From Octopus bimaculoides (taxonomy: Eukaryota): a DNA stretch of 56,228 bases. Position 1 is the first letter of the stretch. Each line of letters begins with the position of its first letter. Both the position numbers and the translations under genes were made by a program. The notes under the pieces were generated by a model. The model did not search any database. It worked only from the letters and a program-made list of their open reading frames with translations, and was not told the DNA's origin. The DNA is taken from the NCBI RefSeq assembly GCF_001194135.2, contig NC_068994.1, positions 5,444,724 to 5,500,951 of the forward strand, written 5' to 3'. This document shows, in pieces, positions 46,765-56,228 of this stretch.

Positions 46765-46878
46765 CACCACCACCACCACCACCACCACCACTATCACTGC
46801 TATCACCACTACCACTGCCATCACCACTACCACTGCCATCACCACTTCAACTGCTATCACCACTTCAACTGCTATCAT
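46765..46878. repeat. (CAC)9 grading into five 18-bp minisatellite units
   Basis: cactatcactgctatcac / cactaccactgccatcac x2 / cacttcaactgctatcac / cacttcaactgctatcat. Confidence 0.9.
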
Positions 46879-47326
46879 ATCCTATACTGTTTGGGCGTTA
46901 AGTACAACTATATAGTTAAAAGGTTTATGAGATCTTGGGAATTCCGGTTTAATCCTACTTTGAGCAAGTGTCCCCTATCAAAGCGTCATGTTAGCCAGAG
47001 TGCACTGAATTAAATTTTTATAGAAGCGCCCTCAGTGAGATCTCCTTGAATCGACTGACTCTGTTTTTAAACGTTTCGATACAGATGGATCTCCCACCCC
47101 ACCTCACGGCCGACAAGTACCTTGCGTAGAATCCACATTTGGGGCAGGTGTGCGGTTTGAGGATTGTTTAAAGTCTTTTTTCTCACCAGGGAGGACGTGG
47201 AAATGAGATTCGAGCGTTGCCCTTCCTCCATTCTGTACGAGCTATAACAAAAATAATTTTTAAAAATATCTACCCTCAAACATTAGTATTATTCACAAAA
47301 TACTAGCTATTAACAATAGTAATCTA

Positions 47327-47383
<57 letters not shown>

Positions 47384-47449
47384 NNNNNNNNNNNNNNNNN
47401 NNNNNNNNNNNNNNNNNNNNNNNNNNNNNNNNNNNTCTCTCTCTGTCTG

Positions 47450-47487
<38 letters not shown>

Positions 47488-47619
47488 CAGATGTCGTCCC
47501 AAAATTAAGGTAACCGAAGTTTCGGGCTTTAATAACTATCAATAGATGTAATAAGATATGAAAACTATACATTATTAAAGCTTAGTGTATCTTATTTTCT
47601 CTTCAGACTAAATAAATTC

Positions 47620-48305
47620 ACATCTATATATTAGGTAATGTTTGTAGACCAAAATACAAACAATCCTCCGCAAAGGAGACGAAGCCAATACATCTATTGC
47701 AAAAAGGCTTAAAATTAACCGAACACTCTGGAAAATTGTGAAGAAATCTCAAGAGACTGGTTCCACCGCTGATCGATCTGGACGTGGCCGAAAAAGAAAT
47801 GTGCGAAGCCCTCAGCGAATCAAAAGTACCAGAGAAACGATACGGCGAAATGCTCGCCGATCCGCTTGAAAATTGGCTGCCACAGCAAAAATACGCTGAA
47901 CATCGATGTATTGAATGCTGAAGAAGGATCTCAGGATCCAATCCTACAAGATGATCCACCGTCAAGTTTATAAGGTCATGCGACTGGAGAGAAGTCGTTT
48001 TATCCTACGTCAAATTGCAGCCCAACATAAGACAGCAAACCACCAGAATGACTGATCAGCTTTGGAGTGTGTCTGGTTCCGTCGAGGGTGGCCTCGTAAA
48101 TCGACGTCAATGTCTACAGCTGGGTGTTAAAATCAACGCCCAGCGATAGATTTGCGACATTCTGGAAGCTGAACTGCTTCGGTGGGCCAATGAGCGCTTT
48201 CAAGGCTCACCTTGGACTCAGCACCATCTCACAGCTCGAAACAGACACGGGATTCAGAAAAAAACATTCATAAGCAAGGATGTATGGTCCTCAAGAAAAC
48301 CCTAA
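47620..48305 (+). mobile_element. DD37D/maT-like transposase remnant, internally deleted
   Basis: IAKRLKINRTLWKIVKKSQETGSTADRSGRGRKRNVRSP (HTH region) and GVKINAQR*ICDILEAELL.WA...FQGSPWT. Confidence 0.82.
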
Positions 48306-49178
48306 CTTTTTTTATTTTTAATTGCCTTTACACTTGTATTGCAGAAATTTAAAATTATTCCTGTTTTGTCTACAATGTTTGTAGTTGTGTAAACTTAGTA
48401 TCTTTTAATGTATTCTATATAGATCTAAGACTTTGAGAAAGAAAAAAAAACAACGGGCTTCTCTGCCTCTATTATTGCTGCTGTTAACGTCGTCGTTGTT
48501 ATTTTTCTTCTAAAGTTTTGCATTTTTCCCTAATATTTCTAAATATGTTGCATATCTGTCTTTGTGTTAGTATTTTATTGATATTGTAATTTACAATTTA
48601 TACACACATCCCTTTACGATAGAGTTTACATCCATAAAATTTTTCATTCTTCCAAATTTAAAACTATATTAATTTCATTAAGCACGATAATTTGTCTGAC
48701 CCCGTTCCAATCCTCAAACAAACGCACACGAGTTGAAATAACGTATAGTAAGTAAATGCATAAACGTAAAACAGACACTGGATGGCTAGTTAAGAAACAG
48801 TAAATGCACAGACGAACGGAAACAGACACAGAAGGGCCCCAAGTCATCATCAGTTATCGACCAGAGTATCAAACGCAATTTCGCGCCTGCGTTTGTATGA
48901 TTGTGTATAGAAGAAAATAACAATCAATGAAATTCCAACCCAGTCTGATTTTCACGGTTTATTATTTGCAATATTATAATAATAGAATATTATATATTTG
49001 TTGTGATAAAACTATTACTTGCATGCGTCACGTGATCATCAGATTTATACAGTAGTTGTGACAGCCATGTTCCACAATTGACAACTCTAGTGAAATGATT
49101 GGATTCGTCCTTTAAATACCTTCCGATTGGTTCCAGTAGGCTGAATCTTACAAACTATATTTTGATAAATCAGTCTGT

Positions 49179-49390
49179 GGCTTAGATGTCATAGTTTGGT
49201 GAGCGCGCCAACTAAGTTAGTTCTAACTGTATTTCGACCAATCAGTATTTGGCTTAGATTTCATGGTTTGGTAACTTGGTTAGCATATATCCCGCTTTTT
49301 ATAACGAAATATTTAAGCCAATTGGTGAGCGGGTTAGACGTCACGGCTTGGTGAGCACGTCAGGGTTAGACGTCGCGGCTTGGTGGGCAC
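49179..49390. repeat. Four copies of a ~28-bp motif GGYTTAGAYGTCAYRGYTTGGTGAGCAC
   Basis: Copies at 49179, 49251, 49331 and 49363; a related copy at 53777. Confidence 0.8.
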
Positions 49391-49774
49391 TGATAGTGTT
49401 AACTATATTAATATTAAGTTGACTGAACCTTGACCACACCTAAAGAAGAAATTTTGCGTTTCAGTCAAGTTAATATTAATATGGTTAACACTATCCTCAT
49501 CGTCATCGTCACCATTATTATTGCTGCTGTTAGTGCTGGTTGTGCTGGTAGTAATAGTAGCAGCAGTAGTAGCATTTATCGTTATTATTATTATCATTAT
49601 CATTCCCATAATTATTTCATGTTCTCTCGAAAGTTCACAAAATTCATACACACATAGACACACACACACACATACAGCGGCTGTTATGTATGGATGTGTG
49701 TCTCCATATGTGCACCTGTGTAAAGTGAAGTATGCGTGTATATGGTCATGTGATTCAGTATTCATTTGCGTGTA

Positions 49775-49838
<64 letters not shown>

Positions 49839-50068
49839 TCTTTGTTCATATTACCTCTGTACGTATCTATCTGTATGTCGATCTGTTTACATTCATATCC
49901 ATTTACCTACATACATATGCATATATGTATGTACGTATGTTTGTATGTATATATGTGTGTGTGTGTATGAAGCTGTATTGCTTTCTAACCAAGATCTAAG
50001 GCTCCGACATTGGAATTTTAACATCACCAACAGGGTATTTTTTGTATGTATGTATGTATGTATGTATG

Positions 50069-50126
<58 letters not shown>

Positions 50127-50154
50127 TGTGTTTCCATATATGTTCGTATGTATA

Positions 50155-50905
50155 TGTGCAGATTTGTATGTTTTGTTTTACGTATGCATTCTCGTGCATA
50201 TAGTTGCATATCTAGACATGTTCATATATATTCAAATGATAAACTTTTGGAAAGTTTTACAGATTTTTACAGTTCTAGTGACGGATTGGCTCTGTAGCCT
50301 TCGAATTAACCTTTTCCTTTCTGATTTTCAGAAGCCTAATTTCTCAAGATTGGTATTCAGGCAGTGTGTTACATATTCCAGGGTCCCAAAGGTTAGTTAC
50401 AGGTATAAACCTGAACTTGTAATCTGGATAGAGTAACTGCAGATTTCTCAATAGTTCAACATAGATATTCTATTTCTCAGTGATCTTCAGCTTCATGTTA
50501 ATATCTGCTGGGCAGCTAACTTCTACAAGTGTACTCAATTTCTCTTCTCAATCCCAAATCATTATATCAGGCCTGAGATTTGCACTGGGACGTTCCACCA
50601 GTGCTCCTTTTTATTATGAGCGGCTATGGCTTCTACCATACTGCGGGTTCTTATTTCTTTGTCGTAGTGGTTATCCTTCCAACGGATTTCATTATAAAGT
50701 GCCCTCCCTATATCATACATCATCAGTAGATAATACCGTGATGACATTCTTGGAAAACTGCTTAAGATGTGGGTGATATCTTCAGTGTTCATTCCTCAAA
50801 GTCTATATCGGTTGTCATATTTTATTGTTTTCCATGCATTTGTATCCCTTTTGTGCATCAGGTATTTGGTCGATACCTTCTGTGCATCAAGTATTTGTTG
50901 TTTGT
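50155..50905 (-). mobile_element. R4/Dong/NeSL-like (RLE endonuclease) non-LTR retrotransposon, 3' part
   Basis: STKYLMHKRD, EDITHILSS.PRMSSRYYL, EHWWNVPV, RPDIMIWD..EK...LVEVSCPADIN..K..EK..Y (PD-D/ExK RLE pattern); stop at 50232-50234. Confidence 0.82.
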
Positions 50906-51288
50906 ATGTGTATGTGTGTGTATGTGTGCTGCCTGTCCGTCTATCTGTTTGTCTGTCTGTGTGTATGTATGTATGTATGTATGTACGTACGTACGTACTT
51001 CTGTATGTATGTATGTATGTATGTATGTATGTATGTGTGTATGTATGTATGTATGTATGTATGTATGTATGTTTGTGTGTATGTATGTGTGTATGTATAC
51101 ATGACCTATCAACAAAGGAATGCCAGTTATACTCATCCCATATGTTCAGTAATCATAGGTTACAACAGAAAAAAAATTTTCTGGTCTTCTTCCTACTTGT
51201 TAGAAAAAATAGAATCTAGTTTGAAGGAGATCATGCTTCAATTTCTTGAAAAACATGCGATTGTGTAAAGGATCTCTCTTTGACTCGT

Positions 51289-51320
<32 letters not shown>

Positions 51321-51629
51321 GTGTGTGTGTGTGTGTGCGTGCCTGGTGATTGCATGAACAATAGTAAGAGGGGAGTGTTCTGAAAAGTAGGCCAAAACAT
51401 TCCGATTATTATCTACTAATATAAATGCAGGCTGCAGCGACGTATATCGGAAGCCATCGGAGTTACTGCTATCTCCAGTTGACAATTGGAGAAGGGAGTG
51501 TCACACAATGTAACTTATATGGAAAACACAATACTTTATAAACACATATAGCGCTCACTTACTCAGATATTCAAGTCTAGTGTATAGACTTTTAAACAAA
51601 TCTTTCAATATTTTTACCATTATTATGTG

Positions 51630-52277
51630 CCTGCAGAAGGGCAGCGAGCACACAAGGCAAAATGCTTAACGGCATTTCGCCCGTCTTTACCATTCTAAGT
51701 TCAAATTCCGCCAAGGTTTAGTTTGCTTTTATCCTTTCGGAGTCGATAAAACAAGAACCTCTTGAGTATTGTAGTAGAAGTAATTGATTTAAACCCCCCG
51801 ACCCTAACTTGGTGGCCTTGTGCCAAAGTTTGAAATAAATATACTTATATACTCTAGGAACAAGGACCGAAATTTTGGGGGAAGAGGGCCAGTCGATTAG
51901 ATTGACCCCAGTACGCAATAGGTACTTAATTTATCGACCCCGAAAGGATGAAAGGCAAAGTCAACCTCGGCGGAATTTTAACTCAAAACGTAAAGACAGA
52001 CGAAATACAGCTAAGCATTTTTGCCTGACTTGCAAACGTTTCTTATTTCTTTATTGCCCACAAGGGGCTAAACGTAGAGGGGACAAACAAGGACAGACAG
52101 ACAAAGGAATTAAGTCGATTACATCGACCCCAGTGTGTAACTGGTACTTAATTTATCGACCCCGAAAGGATGGAAGGCAAAGTCGATCTCGGCGGAATTT
52201 GAACCCAGAACGTAATAGCAGACGAAATACCGCTAAGCATTTCGCCCGGCGCGCTAACGATTCTACCAGCTCACCGC
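51630..52277. mobile_element. Three SINE B copies: + (51630-51836), - (51853-52035), - (52045-52277)
   Basis: The first two are tail-to-tail with a ~16-nt spacer. Confidence 0.88.
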
Positions 52278-52424
52278 ATTAGCTTGAAATAAATATCATT
52301 TCCCGTCTCATCACTGATTGATCTGTGTTTGAATGTGTAGCAGTTCCAGTGTGCAGCCAGTTTAGTGATTTAAAGGACACACGGCAACTGTTCAATTCAT
52401 TTTCCATGTATAATGTATACATAC

Positions 52425-52596
52425 AGGCGTAGGAGTGGCTGTGTGGTAAGTAGCTTGCTTACCAACCACATGGTTCCAGGTTCAGTCCCACTGCGTGGCA
52501 CCTTGAGCAGGTGTCTTCTACTATAGCCTTGGGCCGACCAAAGCCTTGTGAGTGGATTTGGTAGACGGAAACTGAAAAAAGCCCGTCGTATATATG

Positions 52597-52600
<4 letters not shown>
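52425..52600 (+). mobile_element. SINE family A, 5' half
   Basis: aggcgtaggagtggctgtgtggtaagtagc...gaaactgaaaaaagcccgtcg. Confidence 0.9.
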
Positions 52601-52635
<35 letters not shown>

Positions 52636-53132
52636 NNNNNNNNNNNNNNNNNNNNNNNNNNNNNNNNNNNNNNNNNNNNNNNNNNNNNNNNNNNNNNNNN
52701 NNNNNNNNNNNNNNNNNNNNNNNNNNNNNNNNNNNNNNNNNNNNNNNNNNNNNNNNNNNNNNNNNNNNNNNNNNNNNNNNNNNNNNNNNNNNNNNNNNNN
52801 NNNNNNNNNNNNNNNNNNNNNNNNNNNNNNNNNNNNNNNNNNNNNNNNNNNNNNNNNNNNNNNNNNNNNNNNNNNNNNNNNNNNNNNNNNNNNNNNNNNN
52901 NNNNNNNNNNNNNNNNNNNNNNNNNNNNNNNNNNNNNNNNNNNNNNNNNNNNNNNNNNNNNNNNNNNNNNNNNNNNNNNNNNNNNNNNNNNNNNNNNNNN
53001 NNNNNNNNNNNNNNNNNNNNNNNNNNNNNNNNNNNNNNNNNNNNNNNNNNNNNNNNNNNNNNNNNNNNNTATATATATACACACTTATATATATGATGTA
53101 TAAACACACACACACACACATACATACACACA

Positions 53133-53224
<92 letters not shown>

Positions 53225-53477
53225 ATAAGGCAGATGACAAAGGAGTAGATGACTATCATAGGAAACTTCATCAGCTTACACTCTTTCTGCTTATATGATG
53301 CAGTGGACTCGTACCTGAGTGCCTGAACAACACCCCATATCTTCATCGGAGCCTCAAATGCAAATTATTTGGAAATGATTTACACTTGTGCCTATACACG
53401 GCATGAACAATGAGAAAAATCAGTACAGATATATATATATATATAAGAAAAGTATCTGTTCACAGATTCATGTCTAT

Positions 53478-53631
53478 AGGCACAGACGTGGCTGTGTGGT
53501 GAGAAGCTTGCTTTCCAGCCACATGGTTCTAGGCTCGGTCCCACTGCGTAGCAACTTGGGTAAGTGTCTTCTACTATAGCCTCGGCCTGACCAAAGTCTT
53601 ATGAGTGGATTTGGTAGGAACTGAAAGAAGC

Positions 53632-53636
<5 letters not shown>
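53478..53636 (+). mobile_element. SINE family A, 5' half
   Basis: gtggctgtgtggtgagaagcttgc...cttctactatagcctcggcc...gaaagaagccc. Confidence 0.88.
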
Positions 53637-53674
<38 letters not shown>

Positions 53675-54084
53675 GTGTGTATGCTTGAAGTGTGTATAGG
53701 CTCCAGAAATGTTAAGTTTTGCAAGCTGCATTCTGACCAATCAGCTTCACTAAATTACCTGAGTTGATTGGTGTTTGGTTTAGGCGTCACGGTTTGTTGA
53801 ACATGTCAAGAGAGTTGTATTTTTACCTTTGCCAAAATAGTAGTCGTTTCGTTAGTTTTATGAATGTTGTAAATTATGGCGGCAGCGGCGGTAGTGGTGG
53901 TGGTGGTGGTGGTGGTGGTAATGGTGGTGGTAGGAGTAGCTGTGGTAACAGAACTTTAAACCCTAAATAAGAGTTTTTTACTGACTTTACTCTTGACTTA
54001 GCTACTATTTTTTCCTGCTACCCTCATCATAAGAACCTTTAGTACTGTTGTTGTTGTTAGTTGGTAGTGATCCTAGCAGTAGAA

Positions 54085-54420
54085 ATATTTAGCTTGGATT
54101 GGAATTTATCAATAAACTTCTTTTCTCTGGTTTTTCTCTCGATTTCACTTGGACTGTGTAATTTGTGGAACGGAAATATTAATATTTTCCGACCACATGA
54201 TGCTAGATGGTTACTCAAGGTATCTGACAGACATCTGGGTCTCTAATTTGCTGTCGATGCACACGTGAACGTTCTGATAGTGCATTTCCAGCCTAACCCA
54301 CACATAGTTCTTCGCAATTCGGTCATTTGATGCAGTAAATTAAGTTTTTGCTTTTGCAGTTCTTATTTGCGTTTGTGAATATTTTTCTGGTTTTGGTGTT
54401 CGTATATTAGTATCTATAAT
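54085..54420 (-). mobile_element. Penelope-like GIY-YIG endonuclease remnant (second family)
   Basis: NLIYCIK*PNCEELCVG*AGNALSERSRVHRQQIRDP...IFPFHK...EKKFIDKFQSKLN. Confidence 0.8.
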
Positions 54421-54429
54421 ATTTCCGCG

Positions 54430-55586
54430 TTTTGAAAGAATCATCCTTCTTGAAATGTAGGCCTCCACATCCATAGCATGAGTTTGATCCTAACATATTT
54501 TGTTTATTCCTTCTTGGTGGATATGCCTGTACTTCTGAGAAATCCTTCTCATTAATTTTTTTAACGTCCAGTCGCAAGTATACCATTATTTGACACGCCT
54601 CTGCAACTGTCTGCAGGGCTAAACTTTGGTCCGCTTGTTCAAGTTATGTGAGAATTCCTGCACGTTTCTCTGCATCTTTGTTTGCCGTCAGCCCTTGTAC
54701 AGAAATGAGGCCTTTAAACATATCAGGAGTTAGTTCCTTCAGTTTAGCTAGATTCCAACATTCCCATCGTGTGTTAAATAGGGAACTCTTATTACTGAAT
54801 ATTTTTTATAGTAATTCAACTGTTTCCTGGAAAGAAATTTCTTTAGTTTATTTGCGTAATATAAAATTACAATATTTTTAATGATCTGGCGGCGATAATT
54901 TAGATAATAATAGTCTTACTTTTCCCTCGTCCGTCCACGACTTTCAATCTTCCCTGAATATTTCTTCGTACCTTCTGAAGTACACTGCAAACATTATAGC
55001 CACTTCTGGGTTATAACTGAATTTTGTTATAGCGTTCGATACGCCGTCTGGTAAAAATTAACTTGCAGAGTTTACCGATTTCAGCATCAATTCCAGCAAC
55101 TGCTATTCGTCTCTTGGGTACTGCTGTTCGACTCTTGAGTACTCTTGTTTGATTCTTGAATACTGTTGTTCGACTCTTGAGTATTGTTGTTTTGACTCTT
55201 GAATACTGTTGTTCGCTGTAGCAATTGTTTCTTCCATAATTAACAACTTTGTATCACAAACATTTGGTAACTGACCTGCGTGAGCATCAAATCCTTGTCG
55301 CCAATATTATTGTTTCACCAAATATTATAACGATAATTTTTTACACTATAAACGTGTAGTAACAATGAGACATATATGGAAGCAGAGTAAAAACAACGTA
55401 ACAAGCCAACAAACTCTCCACGAACTATACAAGAATCAACGAAGTATATTTCAAAAAACAACCAAACCGACAACATACGACTTCCCGTGAATAACGCTTA
55501 ATCTGCTGTGTCTTTGAGACCGCTACTATTTATAGACGTTCGGTCAGTCTATTCTCGCAGGGGGTGCCGTGACCCGCGGCACAACA
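54430..55586 (-). mobile_element. Degenerate Ty3/Gypsy element: 5' LTR (~55305-55586), PBS and gag
   Basis: LTR begins TGTTGT and contains CTATAAATAG; PBS-like TGGCGACAAGG at ~55293-55303; gag FSYNPE...YFRRYEEIF...KVRLLL.KL...SLFNTRWEC and knuckle CYGCGGLH. Confidence 0.8.
55119..55215 (-). repeat. ~4.5 copies of a 21-bp unit at the gag N-terminus
   Basis: tactgctgttcgactcttgag-type units; one unit is 22 bp and causes a frameshift; encodes NNS(I/T)QES repeats. Confidence 0.85.
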
Positions 55587-55859
55587 CATACACATATATA
55601 TATATACAAATATATACAAACACACACCCACAGAGTCACCTACATGGACATATAAGTATATCAGTACATCCAAACGCACACGTACATACGTACATACACA
55701 CATGCACACATACATGCATATGTACAGATATATACATGCATACATACATACACACATGCATACATATACATGTACATGTACACCTACATATACATATATA
55801 TACATAAATGCATATATACACATATATATTCTTATACATTTATACATATATTTATATAT

Positions 55860-56228
55860 GGTGGTTGTCTACTCCTTAAACAGAGTTTGACCACCTCATG
55901 CACCTACACCTTAGCCCTTTCATGGCGTCTGATGTGGCTTTTTAAACCAGACAGTGTTTTGAAAAAACACCCACACAGATTGCACCTCTGATTTGCACTA
56001 CCAATACCTGCAAGTAAGTTCTGCTCATTGTGGATCCTAACATGTCTTTTAAGACCCTCATTGGATTTGCAAACCCTCTGGCACACACCACATTCAAACG
56101 TGTGCACAGACATATAATCAGAATAGCTGGGTGAGGTTTGTTTTCCATGGGTTCGCAGGTGAGATTTGAGGCCAGCCAAGGACAGACATGGTCTGTCACA
56201 GACTGTGCACACAAAAAGGTCCTTGTCA
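55860..56228 (-). mobile_element. 3' end of a probable RTE-type LINE with three C2H2 zinc fingers
   Basis: Open frame from the window end: three CX2CX12HX3H fingers with SxxGL(K)xH and no TGEKP linkers; short 3' UTR (GGTGGTC...GAGTAGACAACCACC) running into an (AT)/(ATAC) tail. Confidence 0.7.

Noticed and set aside
47067-47279. Short ORF or possible LINE fragment containing CPKCG
   Set aside because: No extended motif match; cannot be assigned.
49179-55215. CRISPR-like arrays (28-bp motif copies; 21-bp repeat)
   Set aside because: Eukaryotic context, degenerate repeats, no regular unique spacers and no cas genes.
3207-55991. Many ORF-track entries rich in CVCV, YIYI, THTH, MYVC or X runs
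   Set aside because: Translations of (TG)n, (TA)n and (TATG)n microsatellites or N gaps; no domains or splice support.
55904-56212. Host C2H2 zinc-finger transcription factor gene
   Set aside because: No TGEKP linkers; GLKSH-type fingers and a short UTR ending in a microsatellite fit a LINE 3' end better. Not fully excluded.

Overview
This is AT-rich, microsatellite-dense eukaryotic DNA from a gappy short-read scaffold. The tRNA-derived SINE families and repeat landscape look like an octopod cephalopod (Octopus sp.); that assignment is inference. The main content is a multi-exon receptor-type protein tyrosine phosphatase, reconstructed by hand on the + strand from 20059 to 44146: TM helix, juxtamembrane region with YEET and YVNM motifs, a D1 domain with all catalytic motifs intact, a degenerate D2 pseudophosphatase, and a YSNF tail. 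The exons that would form its ectodomain (N-terminal EGF start, C-terminal half of an F-type-lectin/galactose-binding domain, EGF repeat) lie in N-to-C order on the opposite strand (14883 down to 1323). No + strand ectodomain exon is visible. This points to a mis-oriented scaffold block, a real gene-splitting inversion, a divergent paralog pair, or trans-splicing. The rest is transposon debris (mariner, DD37D/maT-like, Helitron helicase, Penelope, CR1/L2, L1/Tx1, R4/Dong-like RLE, Gypsy, RTE-like with three zinc fingers), SINEs and microsatellites. Most ORFs in the supplied track are microsatellite or N-gap artefacts. No CRISPR or rRNA is present, and no intact tRNA could be supported.
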